A DNA stretch of 64,000 nt from an uncultured Methanosarcinaceae archaeon (GCA_963833425.1 CAWHXP010000013.1:128001-192000); one strand, 5' to 3'; counted from the stretch's first letter, positions 11,459 through 23,040 are shown. The notes: generated from the letters alone by a model not told the origin. A program made the numbers and translations.

Positions 11459-11905
11459 AAAAAAGAAATATAGCAATAGAGATTACCTTAAGGAATATCA
11501 TTATTGCCCTGGAAAATTAGGTGACCAACCCTTTTAAATTATACATGGAGAATACATCTATCAACATGAAATTAACAATAATAATAAATTGTTTGTGTAG
11601 TTAGTGAGATAATCAATCCGATGCGTTTAAGCTTCTTTTTCCTTAACTGTTTAACTCATTTTGTTAACAAACTGAGAATCCCTATTTTTTCATTGGGAAG
11701 AAAAAGATATAGAATCAACCACACTTTACAGAACTTTTGGTACAATGCCAAATTTATATAATTATTATTTCTTATTTTTCGATTCAAGATGATCTTTTAA
11801 GCTAATTAGTTCCAGATGTTATATGTGTCCCACAAGCTCCAGGAGTCATAAAGCAGTAACCTTTTCTTATTTCGAACGGAACTAGAAAATTTCGAGATTT
11901 TAAGA
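11459..11905 (-). ncRNA. Dispersed repeat copy 1: putative sRNA gene plus conserved upstream region
   Basis: Aligns with 13049..13515 and 27185..27374; on minus strand: TATA, conserved initiator motif, GUCACCU linker, hairpin GGCAAUA/UAUUGCU, U-tract. Confidence 0.55.
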
Positions 11906-12137
11906 TAAACATTGTGCATAAGATTATGCTATTTAAAAAATATTGCTTTTAATTGTAGATCGATAAGAATTTCAATAAACCGATTTTTTTAATGAATAAT
12001 TTATATATTATTCATAGCATATAACAAACTTATGGGTTTATAGTAATCTGCTATATAATCTATTAAATAACTCATGGGCATAACTAAGAATCTATAGATT
12101 TTAAAATATGGAAAATTGAATAAATGGAGTGATCTAA

Positions 12138-12668
12138 TTGAATAAACAACATTTACCTTATTTCGCTACAATTCTTATCGTACCGCTAATGTTCTCACAG
12201 ATTGTGATAGCAGCAGAAAGTAACAATCAAGATAATTCTCTTGAATACCAGAATGTAACTGCCAATGAAGCTTATAAAATGGTTACAAGCACCGCTGTGG
12301 TTTCAAGCGATGAAGTATTTATTCTGGATGTTCGTACTCCTGCAGAATATAATTATACACATATTGAAGGAGCAAATTTGATACCATTGAGAAACGTGCC
12401 TTTACATGATCCTGTTAATTTATCCGATGAAGGACTGTTGGCGTGGCATATCAAAAATAATAAAGATTTGCCAAAAAACAAAGATGCAAAAATAATTGTT
12501 TACTGCTTTAGTGGAAAAAGAAGTTCTGTTGCAAGTCAAATGTTGGTACAGTCAGGTTACAAAAGAGTCTATAATATGCAAAGCGGTATCAAAGAATGGG
12601 TAAATGCAAGGTATCCAATTGTAATTGACCCTATATTTTGGACAGTTAATTATCCGAAGGTAGTGTAA
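12138..12668 (+). CDS. Secreted rhodanese-domain protein
   Basis: Signal peptide; ILDVRTPAEY...HIEGA...IIVYCFSGKRS...GIKEW. Confidence 0.9.
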   Translation: MNKQHLPYFATILIVPLMFSQIVIAAESNNQDNSLEYQNVTANEAYKMVTSTAVVSSDEVFILDVRTPAEYNYTHIEGANLIPLRNVPLHDPVNLSDEGLLAWHIKNNKDLPKNKDAKIIVYCFSGKRSSVASQMLVQSGYKRVYNMQSGIKEWVNARYPIVIDPIFWTVNYPKVV

Positions 12669-12799
12669 AAAAAAGTATTGATAGTTGCTTAAGCTATGAT
12701 TTCCAGGATAGATTATTGCAGCCCATTTAATTAATTTGTTGAGCTGATCCCAAAACAAATTGGGCATTGTACTCAAAGTCCTGTAATTCTTATTGACTC

Positions 12800-12869
12800 T
12801 AGGATCTTTTGACTTTTATTTATTACTTATAGATTTACATGCTTATTCTGGAGTTTTTGCAACGGAACC
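12800..12869 (+). mobile_element. Isolated IS6 right-end remnant
   Basis: TTACTTATAGATTTACAT...GTTTTTGCAACGGAACC matches the end of IS6 40591..41445. Confidence 0.7.
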
Positions 12870-13048
12870 ACTCCTTTTTTGTAGTGAAAGAAGGGTAGAT
12901 GAAATAAACAAAAATTTAATTTGTCGTATATGTGCAGGAACCCCAACCACAAACTTCCTGCGCATATATCTATAACGGTTTATTCCACTATCAAATACGA
13001 CCAAATATATTATATAATTGATAGAATAAATTATTCTGAATAATAGTT

Positions 13049-13515
13049 CAAAAAAGAAATAGGGCAATACTAATTACCTTAAAGAATCTCGTTATTGCCC
13101 TGGAAATTAGGTGACAAACACTTTTAAATTCTGTACTGGGATTGTAGTTATCAACATGAAATTAACAACAATAGGATATTATTTTAATAGTTAGTGAGAT
13201 GACCAACCCGATGCTTTCAAGCTTATTTTTTCCTAACTGTTTAACTCTTTGTGCTAATAGACTGAGCAATTTCTGTTTTAAATTGGGAAAAAAATACAGG
13301 ATCAACTACACTTTACAGAACTTTCGGCATGCTGCCGGATCTATATAATTATTCCTTCCCTTCTATTTCTATTTACAAATGTTATTTTGGTTAATTAGTT
13401 CCAGATGTTCCATGAGCTCCAGATGTTCTACGGGTACCATGAGCTCCATGAGTAATATATCAGGAATGTTTTCTTATTACTGATGGAATTTAGGAAATTC
13501 ATAGATTTTATCACA
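13049..13515 (-). ncRNA. Dispersed repeat copy 2: putative sRNA gene plus conserved upstream region
   Basis: Homologous to copies 1 and 3; perfect terminal stem GGGCAAUA/UAUUGCCC followed by UAUUUCUUUUUU. Confidence 0.55.
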
Positions 13516-13577
13516 AAAACTGGAACTAAAAAAGGAGTGCCAAGCCTGCCTTTGGTGAAAGAATAACCCAGTGAGCT

Positions 13578-14030
13578 TTATTTTTGGAAATTATTGGGAT
13601 TATTTTCCAAAAATATGATATTCAAAGACTCCTGTACCATTTCATCAGTTACATCAGAATGTTTGGATTTATATTCGTCAATACTTTCTGCAAGTGCTTT
13701 TGCAAGATTATGAACGCTACCTTTAGGTTTACTGCCTATACTAAGCTGTCGAATATGAGCTACTGCTTCCGTAGTGGTAAGTTCTTTTTCACAGATGAAA
13801 AGAGCAACCTTTCTTATCAAATCTACATCTTCTAATCTGCCCAATTCAATGAGTATAGTTTTTGTAGGTATCAAAAACTGGCTTCATAACAATTAGGGCG
13901 GAGATTATAAACGAAAATTCATCACTGTCTCCATCATCTAATGCAACTTGTGCAACCAGTGCATAATATTGATTCATCTCAGTTCTATCAGTTTTATTAT
14001 AGTCCATCCGCTCCCATTCCACGAAATTTT
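13578..14030 (-). pseudogene. Hypothetical protein remnant, 5' end disrupted
   Basis: 98 aa ORF 13578..13874 plus broken upstream frame; truncated near the MITE at 14048. Confidence 0.4.
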
Positions 14031-14047
14031 TTATTGAAAACTTGCTA

Positions 14048-14196
14048 GGTTCTGTTGCAAAAATAATTTTACTGCCTTTTTAGGTTATAATTATTGCTTT
14101 TTGTATCATTATTGATCTGTTTAGAGCATATAAATACCCCATTTGTGATGTTTTTCACTGGTTTTGTAAAATAACCAGATTTTTTGCAACGGAACC
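14048..14196. mobile_element. IS6-type MITE (149 bp)
   Basis: TIRs GGTTCTGTTGCAAAAA / TTTTTGCAACGGAACC of the same type as the IS6 ends; no transposase. Confidence 0.8.
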
Positions 14197-14480
14197 TGAA
14201 TGCTAATGAAATTAGAGCGCTGAAAGTACTCTCAGCACCTAATTTTTGGGATCAAGATTTATTCGAAATACTGATGAAAAAGTTTGATCCGGGATTTCCA
14301 ACTGGTGCCTTTTCAGAATTAATTAAATCTTCCTTTATCAAAGTAGAATCGGATGGGAGATATTCTATCCATCAATTGATGAGAAAAAGCCTTCAGGAAG
14401 ATCAAGATCTAGCCGACAGAAAAAAGATCCATGAATTTCTACGTGAGTACTACAGTTACAAACTAATAGATATTGATATG
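14197..14480 (+). pseudogene. Internal fragment of a large ATPase/TPR-type protein
   Basis: ALKVLSAPNFWDQDLFEILM...YSIHQLMRKSLQE winged-helix-like segment bounded by IS6 sequences. Confidence 0.5.
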
Positions 14481-14971
14481 ATAAGCTGGATTCTTATCAA
14501 CGGTTATTACTCTTGGAATTTGATTATGATTAGAACTTAAAGCTTTCTTAAAGAATCTCTTCGCTGCTTTTCTATTTCGTTTTGAACTTAACATGAAATC
14601 AATTGTATCTCCATTTGAGTCAACTGCTCGGTAAAAATATTTCCATTTACCTTTTACTTTGATATAGGTTTCATCAACTCTCCACGAATCATTTGTTGGT
14701 CTTAAATGTTTTCTTATCTTCTTTTCTATTTCAGGGGAATATCGATGTACCCATCTCATGATTGTTGTATGGTAGACTTTTACTCCCCTTTCTGCCATCA
14801 TTTCCTTTAAATTTCTATAACTTAATGCATATTTTAAGTACCATCTTACATTCAATAGGATAATTTCCCCTTCATAATGCTTCCATTTAAAGGAATTAGA
14901 TAGCATGTTACTATCTCTGGTTTTCTTTTTATTCTATTGTATCAGTAGAAAGGATTTTTTGCAACAGAACC
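14481..14971 (-). mobile_element. 3'-truncated IS6-family element
   Basis: TIR at 14956-14971; ORF nearly identical to the first ~142 aa of 23888..24592, ending at VDKNPAY. Confidence 0.9.
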
Positions 14972-15255
14972 CAAAAAGCTGTACATAACATCATAGATTC
15001 ATTCTTTTAACAGTAAAAAGAACTTTTCCTACCTGAATATCTTTTTTAGTTACTGAATAAATTCATTCCCCTTGAGCTCTTTTTGAGCTGACCCTTTTTT
15101 TAATATAGTACTCATTTCAGAGGACGTTCTTTTACTGCTCTCTTCATTGTTGGTCATAATTTCTTGATTTTGCTCCAAAGCATCCTCTGTCTTTATAAAT
15201 CACTTAAATTTTTAACTTTTTATTATATCCGTAGTATTTTCCTTTATTTATTTCT

Positions 15256-18200
15256 TCATCTCTTAGATCCAGACATGAAATCAGAAAGTCCAAGCTGTTT
15301 GACTCTGTGATTTTCAAATAAAGAACATATATCTTTATCCAAAAGTTCGATCCTCTGTAGGGTATAGCTGGAAACCCCGTACCTCTCTCCAATCTCTTTT
15401 GAAATCTCAAGATATTTTTTAACAGATCCTTCATACACTGTTAGCACTACATTGCCTCCACATTGTGGACAGAAACCTATAAGAGGAGGGCGTCTAAATT
15501 TTTCTCCACACTTAATACAACGCATCCGTTGCCTGGAGAAGGAACGAAGGTTCCCGAGAAGGTCGGGAAGAAAATGAGACTTGAGAACTCTTTCTGCCAC
15601 ATCTGAAGCATCTACAGCTCTTATCTTATTGGCCAGGGAAAGTTGAGCTTCCATTTTTTCTATCATGCTTCCCATAGTTTTATAAGAAGAATTCAGTGGG
15701 CCTGCGGCAATATCCGTAGTGTCGTGTGTGAACATAAAATGTTCATACTGCTTAAACGTCCCAAGCCTACAACTAACCAGGTCCATAACGCCTTCAAGTT
15801 CAGTGGGGTTCTTGATCTCCTGGGTAGCCTTGTAGAATTCAAGGGGATATTTTGCAAGCACTTCTATATTATGTGCTTCCTTATCTACTTCTTTAGGGTC
15901 GATACGGGTCGTAAGAACCAGAGGAGCATCCATTTTCCCCCCCCTTTTATCCGGGAGATAAAATCTCGAGAAATTAAGGATTCCATCCATAAGGAGCATT
16001 ATACAGTCTTCATCTCCATCACAATTTCGGCGTTTAGAAGCATGGAAAAAAGGATGAGCATAACCGACTGAAGCTTTAGTGAAACCTATCAGCCTCCCGA
16101 GTACTCCTGCAGAAGTATGTGGAGCAAGTCCTATAAGTAATACTCCTACCAAATCTTGAATTGTCTCAGCGTTGTAATATGGCTCAACATGGTAATATTT
16201 CACAAGAAGATCATCCACGTATTTTGCAGTACGCAGCATATACTCTCCCCCGTCGTAAGAAATCACAAGATCCTGGACCTTCAAGCACACGACTTGGTCA
16301 TTCCTCTCGAGTGATTTCCCATAAATATCCTCTGTATAGCCGAGTTCAAGAAGTTTGGCTGCCGTAATTCCGAGTTCATCAGCCCGGATATGAGTAAGTG
16401 GAATATCTGACATATCATAACGAACAGTCCCGTCCTTAAAAATATAAACATCGTGTTTCGCTCGAAGGATTCCTTTTTCGAGAGGCTCTGGAGTCATCTG
16501 CCCGTTCATGAGCCGCTTTACTCCTTTGATGATGTCTTTTTTTTCTCTTTCTCCTACATTTTCAAAAGCCTGCTTGTAAATGGAACGGAAATCAAGTTTA
16601 ACCTTTGAAACTGAATTTGATTTTCTTCCGCATTTGTGACAGGTCTCTGCACCTTTTACATCCATCTTGCAGCGAGGGCAAAAAAGTTTTGGAAGGGTAT
16701 ACTCTCCGCAGTCACAGCGCCAAAAATATGCCTCTTTCCTACAGGTAGGACATTCTCTTAGCCCTATTTCGACTTCAATTTCTCCAATCTTTCCATTCAT
16801 GGAAGTAGAATACTCAGAAGCAGATACAATGTTCCGAGTAATCCCCCCGGCATTACTTATTGGGAAGAGTACCTGAGCTGCAGGAGACATCTTTCGAAGG
16901 TTAGATTTTTCCGGCCTTCCCATCCTTGCCCCTATTCTCGAAGGAGCTCTGGGTAGAATTTTAAACCCACTGAGAAGAGCAGCAGCATCCACAATATTAT
17001 CAGTATCAGGTATCTGGGCTCTTTCTTTCAGTTTTGTATCGAGCCCAAGGCAAGAAATGAAAGGAAGAGATTCTTCGATAAAGATTGTTTCATTTTTTAC
17101 TCCGTGCAGCACCAAGAGTTTTTCAAATATGAATTTGATGCCTTCTTTCAGACAAGCTTCTAGAGGTAACCTGAGAATTCCGTCTTCAGCCGAAAAAATT
17201 CCTCTTTCAACTACGAATTTTCTCAAAGCTTCAAATTCACTTAAGTTTATATCATGCCAGAGATAGGTGAACTTTGGATGTAGCGGGACATTGAATTCCT
17301 TCGCAAGTCTGAGAACCAAATTTGCCGATGGGTTTTTCAATTCTTCTTCAGGGATTTTTTCGGGACATGTTGCCTCATAGTCATAATGCCACCATTCAAA
17401 AACATACGGAGAAGGCATAAGTGGATGGTTATTTTCCAGAAAATCCCCGTAATTGATAAGGATCTCGCCAATGTCTACTATTACTTCTATTTGTGAGCGG
17501 ATTCTATAGGCTTTTTCTATGTTATCTACACGGACAAGATCTCCGGAATAAAGGCGCACAGTTGGTCCCTCTATCGAATCTACGGCCGAAATGGCTGCAG
17601 CTTTTCCAGGTCTTTCTACTTTAAGCTGAGTTCCGTTAGTAATAAAATCATCAAGTAATACCATGGTGGAAGGATTTATTCCTGCAGCTGCAAAAGAAGT
17701 ATTTCTTGAACGTCCGTAGCGAAGTCTAAATCCGCCTGGCCTTGAGGGGTGAGAAAAAACAGGCCTTCCTGCAATAAGGTCTCTTATATATTTATCCCTC
17801 GGCTTAATATTTGTCTGCTCATTTTCTTTATCTCCTACAGCTTTTGAGCCTCCAATAAGCTTTTCCAGCCATTCCCAACCATCCATATTGAGCTTATTAA
17901 CATGTTTTTTAACCTTTGGAGCTTTGAGGGCAAGCCCTTCAGCAAGTACAAGGCACATTCCTCCTCTAACACGGTTTGTTACTATCCTCTCCAGATCTCT
18001 ATGACCTTCTACCTCAGCTTCTTCAGTTGGGTCCCCATCTATACAAACTGGGCAGTTTCGCACTATCAAACGGATTTCATCTTCAGAAGGGGTATACTGC
18101 AAACTTGCAACTCTTTTATAAAGCATTATTTCTTCCACATAGCGCTCCACCTCTTCTGGCCTTGGTTTATAGCGTCCAATCCCGATACCTCGTCTTACAT

Positions 18201-18693
18201 AGTCACCCACAAGTACGGAAAGAGCCTGTGCTGTCCCTCCTGCACTCCGGATGGGCCCAGAATAAAATATTCTGATATAATGAGAACCATCGTCGTTATT
18301 CCCCAGTTGAACCTTGTCGATTCCCTCAATTGGAGCTGCAACAACTCCTTCTGTAAGAGTAGCCATTGAAACCCTGATTGCAGCTTCAACTGCATCCTTC
18401 TTAGTGGCAAAGATTCCAACTTCACCTTCTGCAACCTGACGCCCAATCTCGAGAGCTGCTTCCTCCCTAGACATCCTTGTCTCAAGATCCCGAATCTTTT
18501 CTGCAACTCCTTTTACTCCTATCAGATTCTCAACCCTATCTGCAAGATCCTTGGCGAGGAGAATTTCTACAACTGGCTTGGGGTCTCCCCCACGGGCACG
18601 AGCTCTGTTTGCAATCCCAATTGCTTCTTTGAGCCTCCCTTCGAGTCCATCGAAGTATTCGTGCATCTTATCACTTGCAATTATTTCACCCAT
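15256..18693 (-). CDS. polC: DNA polymerase D large subunit DP2
   Basis: 1145 aa; [22 protein letters not shown] catalytic motif, zinc fingers; no intein evident. Confidence 0.97.
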   Translation of the reverse strand: MGEIIASDKMHEYFDGLEGRLKEAIGIANRARARGGDPKPVVEILLAKDLADRVENLIGVKGVAEKIRDLETRMSREEAALEIGRQVAEGEVGIFATKKDAVEAAIRVSMATLTEGVVAAPIEGIDKVQLGNNDDGSHYIRIFYSGPIRSAGGTAQALSVLVGDYVRRGIGIGRYKPRPEEVERYVEEIMLYKRVASLQYTPSEDEIRLIVRNCPVCIDGDPTEEAEVEGHRDLERIVTNRVRGGMCLVLAEGLALKAPKVKKHVNKLNMDGWEWLEKLIGGSKAVGDKENEQTNIKPRDKYIRDLIAGRPVFSHPSRPGGFRLRYGRSRNTSFAAAGINPSTMVLLDDFITNGTQLKVERPGKAAAISAVDSIEGPTVRLYSGDLVRVDNIEKAYRIRSQIEVIVDIGEILINYGDFLENNHPLMPSPYVFEWWHYDYEATCPEKIPEEELKNPSANLVLRLAKEFNVPLHPKFTYLWHDINLSEFEALRKFVVERGIFSAEDGILRLPLEACLKEGIKFIFEKLLVLHGVKNETIFIEESLPFISCLGLDTKLKERAQIPDTDNIVDAAALLSGFKILPRAPSRIGARMGRPEKSNLRKMSPAAQVLFPISNAGGITRNIVSASEYSTSMNGKIGEIEVEIGLRECPTCRKEAYFWRCDCGEYTLPKLFCPRCKMDVKGAETCHKCGRKSNSVSKVKLDFRSIYKQAFENVGEREKKDIIKGVKRLMNGQMTPEPLEKGILRAKHDVYIFKDGTVRYDMSDIPLTHIRADELGITAAKLLELGYTEDIYGKSLERNDQVVCLKVQDLVISYDGGEYMLRTAKYVDDLLVKYYHVEPYYNAETIQDLVGVLLIGLAPHTSAGVLGRLIGFTKASVGYAHPFFHASKRRNCDGDEDCIMLLMDGILNFSRFYLPDKRGGKMDAPLVLTTRIDPKEVDKEAHNIEVLAKYPLEFYKATQEIKNPTELEGVMDLVSCRLGTFKQYEHFMFTHDTTDIAAGPLNSSYKTMGSMIEKMEAQLSLANKIRAVDASDVAERVLKSHFLPDLLGNLRSFSRQRMRCIKCGEKFRRPPLIGFCPQCGGNVVLTVYEGSVKKYLEISKEIGERYGVSSYTLQRIELLDKDICSLFENHRVKQLGLSDFMSGSKR

Positions 18694-19006
18694 TTTGGAA
18701 GCCTCTTTAAAAGAAAAAACTGACTTATCTAGGCCTTCGAAGATGTCGGAGGCTAAGGTGTCTAATGTTTCAGCTAAAATAAAGACAAAAATTACAGTTC
18801 GGACAATATAGCATCTCTATTTCTTCCATTCCAAGCCTATTAAAAACAGACCAGCAACTGGCATCACAAAGTAAATTTCGTTTAATTTTTCATTTTGTTC
18901 CATGACTTTTTGTGGGCCCGTATCTTTTGCATATTTTCTTCTTTCTACTTTCAAAAATGTCTATCTCAATTATATCAAACTTTTTATACTGCTGTCATAA
19001 TCTAAC

Positions 19007-20098
19007 TTAAACAGTAAATATTGACGATGAAGCTTCTCTCATTCTGTTAATGAGAGCACCACCAAGTCCTGAATGGCTGAAGGAGCCATCGACTACGATG
19101 ATATCTAGACCCTTTTTGTCAAGATCTCTGAGCCCTACAAAAAATTTTCTGGCAGCAATTTCTGGTTCTTTTCGGGATCCCAGCAAAAAGGATTCCTCAA
19201 TATCCAATTCCTTCAAAGCAAAAATTCCTGCAGTTTCCTTGCTTAGTAGGAACCCGATTTTTTGCCCAGTATCCCTATAATTATCGAGTAGTTCAATAAT
19301 TTTTTCCGAAACTGATTCATTTCCCCCTTCAACGAGAATGACCTTTGTATTAGGAATATAGTGCCCGTATCTATGGGACACTTGCTTTTTCAGAGATGCT
19401 TCATCAATCCTAACATTATCATTTTTGTATCCATAATTTATTTTTCCGATGATTTTTTCAAGCTCTTTAATCCCCACAGCTCCGGGCCTAAGCACAATCG
19501 GAGCCTCAGCAGTCATATCAATCACAGTAGATTCAAGGCCTATGGCAGCTACTCCTCCATCAATAATTGCATTTATTCTACCAGCAAGATCATCTATTAC
19601 GTGTGCTGCGAGAATGGAACTAGGCTTTCCTGAAAGGTTTGCACTCGGAGCGGCAAGAGGAGTACCTGCCCTTGTTATGAGTTCTAGAGGGATCATGTGA
19701 TTAGGCATGCGTATTCCTATGGATGGAAGGTATCCGGAGGTAATTCCTGGGACGATATCTTTTTTTTCCAGAATAATCGTAAGTGGGCCTGGCCAGAAAG
19801 CATCCATGAGCCTGAAGGCTTTTTCCGGGATATTCCTTGAAATCTTCTCGAGATCTCCTCTTGAATGGACGAGCAAGCTAAGAGGATTTCCTGAGGGACG
19901 TTCTTTTGCCTCGAAAATATTCCGGACTGCGTATCTATTCAAGCCGTCAGCCCCTAGCCCGTAGACAGTTTCCGTGGGGAAAGCTACAGTTCCTCCACTC
20001 CTGATAATCGCCGCTGACTCTTCAAGAACGACATCTAAGTTTCCTTCGGAAACCCGGAAAATTCGGGTCTTTATTTTATTCCATTTTTCAGTCTTCAC
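19007..20098 (-). CDS. sua5: L-threonylcarbamoyladenylate synthase (Sua5)
   Basis: VAFPTETVYGLGA, WPGPLT, AAPSANLSGK plus C-terminal SUA5 domain. Confidence 0.93.
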   Translation of the reverse strand: MKTEKWNKIKTRIFRVSEGNLDVVLEESAAIIRSGGTVAFPTETVYGLGADGLNRYAVRNIFEAKERPSGNPLSLLVHSRGDLEKISRNIPEKAFRLMDAFWPGPLTIILEKKDIVPGITSGYLPSIGIRMPNHMIPLELITRAGTPLAAPSANLSGKPSSILAAHVIDDLAGRINAIIDGGVAAIGLESTVIDMTAEAPIVLRPGAVGIKELEKIIGKINYGYKNDNVRIDEASLKKQVSHRYGHYIPNTKVILVEGGNESVSEKIIELLDNYRDTGQKIGFLLSKETAGIFALKELDIEESFLLGSRKEPEIAARKFFVGLRDLDKKGLDIIVVDGSFSHSGLGGALINRMREASSSIFTV

Positions 20099-20176
20099 TA
20101 GTAATAAGCTCCTTCTGGTTCAATTATGCTGACTTCATTTATTTTTCCCATGATTTCGTTTGTAGGTTTCTGAACC

Positions 20177-21463
20177 TTATTTTTTCAACCACTTTCCAAG
20201 TGCTATTTCAAGTTCTTTATGGCTTTTTGCATATTCTTGCAGACTGACTCCATCAATGCTCGCTTCAAGTGCCTGCCTGCAGGCAGTGGCTCCTGCAGCC
20301 GTACCCATAGGATGTGCGTGAATTCCACCACCTAATTGTATAATAACTTCTTTTCCGAAAATGGAGTACAGGTTAGGAATCATTGTAGGAGCAAGTCCTC
20401 CAGATGCGATCGGAAACATGGGTTTTAACCCCCCCCACTCCTGAGATAAGACATGCTGACTTTCATCAGCAAGTACTTTGTCAAGTACACACTCATCCCG
20501 AAGAATAAGAACCTCATTTTTATCTCCGTGCATCTTCCCTACAATCGTACCTATGTGAATCTGATCAAGACCGATAAGTCTGCAGAGTTTGGCAAGGACG
20601 ATCATGCTTATTCCGTGGCGCGGGTTCCGAGTATATGCAGAATGCATGCATCTGTGAGCATGAAGCACCAGACCTGCATCACCAGCGTCTTCCCTCAGAG
20701 TTTGAAGGGCTGTCCAGCCTACGGGTACAATATCGATCATTGCATAGCTTGCGCCAAAGTCTTTAAGAATATTCATGCGGCTAATCATTTCCTTGCAAGT
20801 TGAGGCAGTGATGTTGCAGATGTACATCTTGCGTTCTCCAGTCTCTAACTCCGCCTTTTCTGCGAGCTTGAGTGTGAGTTCGGCTCTCTTTTCAAAGCTG
20901 TTAAATTTCTGGTTTGTAAGGTTCTCATCATCTTTAACAAGGTCACAACCTCCCGCAAAAGAATGATAAGCGACTTCAGCATGTTTTTCAGAGTTTAACC
21001 CTACTTTAGGCTTGACGATGGACCCTATAAAAGGCCTGTCCTGAACGTTCATAAGTTTCCTGATTCCTGGCAACCCAAAGTTCGGACCTTTGAACTCGTG
21101 AAGCATCGATTTTGGGAAAGAGATATCCTGCAACCTGAGATTATCAACGATTTTCATGCTAAGAATATTTCCTGCAACAGCACTTAGAACCTGTGGGACC
21201 GAACCCAGTTCAAAAAGTTCTTCAGAATAAGCCACCCTTACAGTCTGTGTTTTCTCATCCACGTAGAAGATGTGAGGCTTAAGCCTCTCTGCAAGCTCTG
21301 AACTGAGTGTCACAATTTCAGTCCAGGAATCTATAGAGCTTTCCCCAGCCATGTGTGTTGCTGCTTCCTCGAAATTCACTCCTGCAGATGGTTCTATGTG
21401 GAATTCACATATCAAATCCTTATCCTTGGGGTTATAGTCTATGTCTATATAGTCCCTGAGCAT
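20177..21463 (-). CDS. rbcL: Form III ribulose-bisphosphate carboxylase
   Basis: GSIVKPKVG, GGCDLVKDDENL, HAHR, SGGL, GGGIHAHP; 428 aa. Confidence 0.95.
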   Translation of the reverse strand: MLRDYIDIDYNPKDKDLICEFHIEPSAGVNFEEAATHMAGESSIDSWTEIVTLSSELAERLKPHIFYVDEKTQTVRVAYSEELFELGSVPQVLSAVAGNILSMKIVDNLRLQDISFPKSMLHEFKGPNFGLPGIRKLMNVQDRPFIGSIVKPKVGLNSEKHAEVAYHSFAGGCDLVKDDENLTNQKFNSFEKRAELTLKLAEKAELETGERKMYICNITASTCKEMISRMNILKDFGASYAMIDIVPVGWTALQTLREDAGDAGLVLHAHRCMHSAYTRNPRHGISMIVLAKLCRLIGLDQIHIGTIVGKMHGDKNEVLILRDECVLDKVLADESQHVLSQEWGGLKPMFPIASGGLAPTMIPNLYSIFGKEVIIQLGGGIHAHPMGTAAGATACRQALEASIDGVSLQEYAKSHKELEIALGKWLKK

Positions 21464-21707
21464 TGTCTTTACTCCATACTAAATAGGTTAATTTTCGGAA
21501 TAAAATTTCTTTATGATAAATAGTAGTCCTGTTGAAGGAAGTAACTGAACATGAATAAAAACTTGTTTATCAAATTCATTGAAACTCAGACTCAAAACAA
21601 AAAAAATATTGAAAATTATGAAAGAAAAATGTTATGGGGTAGACAGATAGGTAACAAATGTGAGTGCATTATTTGTCTACATTAGTTAATTTTTCCAAAA
21701 TAATATA

Positions 21708-21794
21708 AAGGATTTCGATAAACACTTAATTTTGTCATATGCTGATAAATGGAATATTAATAATTCGTGAAAGTCAAAGGTTTATCGTGATCTT
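21708..21794. mobile_element. Short MITE with IS5-type ends
   Basis: AAGGATTTCGATAAAC ... GTTTATCGTGATCTT inverted ends. Confidence 0.45.
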
Positions 21795-22065
21795 TTAAAT
21801 TGCATCGATACTCAGGTACCAGCGTTAAGTGGAGAGGATCCAATCATAAGAAGCTGTTTAAGTTCTAATGTGTATCATTTCGGTCAGAGGCTGAGGCATG
21901 ACGACTGACTATGGTGCAAAAAAATTCACTTTAAAAAAATAGATAATTTTGAGTCTCGAGCGAAAATTAGACGAAGCGAAGGTTCAAATTATCCTTTATT
22001 TAAGGAATTGGATATTAGTGACCTTTCACATCCAAGTAATAATTCGTAATTAAAGGAGTTATCAC

Positions 22066-23040
22066 ATGTTTCCAGATGTCAGATTGAGACGGTTGAGAAA
22101 AGGAAAAATTAGAAACCTTGTACGTGAGACTATATTATCCGTTAACGACTTGGTTCAACCCATTTTTGTGGATGAGGCTATCAAGTCTCCAGTTGAGATT
22201 TCTTCTATGCCTGGAATATACAAATTTCCTATTTCAGAGGTTGCAAAAGAAGCAAAAAAAATCTCAGAACTCGGAATTCCTGCAGTGCTCCTTTTTGGGG
22301 TGCCTGCTTTTAAGGATGCATATGGATGCTCTTCTTTCGGGGAAACTGATGTGACGCAGGAAGCTATCCGTAGGATCAAGGCTGAGCTAGAAGACAAACT
22401 TGTGGTGATCACAGATGTTTGTGTGTGCGAGTACACAAACCATGGACACTGCGGTATAATCGATTTTGAAACTAAATATCTTATGAACGACCAGACTCTT
22501 GAGGTCCTCCAAAAAATAGCCGTCAGCCACGCAAGAGCAGGTGCTGATATAGTGGCCCCCTCAGGAATGATTGATGGCATGGTAGGAGCCATCAGAGGAG
22601 CACTTGATTTAAATGGATTTAATAATGTTCCAATTATGTCTTATGCCGCAAAATACTGCTCTTCTTTTTATGGACCCTTCAGAGACGCTGCCAACTCGTG
22701 CTGCTCTTTTGGGGATCGCTCTACCAACCAGATGGATCCTGCAAACAGCAATGAGGCTATCAGGGAAGTAACCCTTGATATTGCAGAAGGGGCAGATATT
22801 ATAATGGTAAAGCCAGCCATCCCTTACCTAGATATTGTTTATAGGGTAAAGACAGAATTCGGAATACCAACAGCTGCATATAACGTAAGCGGAGAGTATT
22901 CCATGCTTAAAGCAGCTGCAGCTAACGGTTGGCTTGATGAAAAGAAAGCTATTTATGAGTACCTCATTTCTATCAAAAGGGCAGGAGCTGATTTTATAAT
23001 TACCTACTTCGCAAAAGATGCTGCTAGTATTCTTAAGTAA
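22066..23040 (+). CDS. hemB: Porphobilinogen synthase
   Basis: DVCVCEYTNHGHCG zinc site, MSYAAKY, MVKP, AYNVSGEY. Confidence 0.96.
   Translation: MFPDVRLRRLRKGKIRNLVRETILSVNDLVQPIFVDEAIKSPVEISSMPGIYKFPISEVAKEAKKISELGIPAVLLFGVPAFKDAYGCSSFGETDVTQEAIRRIKAELEDKLVVITDVCVCEYTNHGHCGIIDFETKYLMNDQTLEVLQKIAVSHARAGADIVAPSGMIDGMVGAIRGALDLNGFNNVPIMSYAAKYCSSFYGPFRDAANSCCSFGDRSTNQMDPANSNEAIREVTLDIAEGADIIMVKPAIPYLDIVYRVKTEFGIPTAAYNVSGEYSMLKAAAANGWLDEKKAIYEYLISIKRAGADFIITYFAKDAASILK

Noticed and set aside
13106..13157. 16-codon ORF (MLITTIPVQNLKVFVT / MLIDVFSMYNLKGLVT) inside the repeat family as a small peptide or toxin
   Set aside because: Copy 3 has an early TAA and a 1-nt deletion, peptide similarity is weak, and there is no RBS. 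The RNA interpretation fits better.
13396..13453. Short repeats (TCCAGATGTTC, CCATGAGCTCCA) as a mini-CRISPR
   Set aside because: Only two 11-12 nt units, no regular spacers and no cas genes; no CRISPR array was seen in the window
15256..18693. Intein in DP2
   Set aside because: The [10 protein letters not shown] site is uninterrupted and the length is normal
15643..18811. Antisense and alternate-frame ORFs within polC (likewise in rbcL, mcrA, sepS and the kinase)
   Set aside because: Shadow ORFs of real genes with no motifs or RBS
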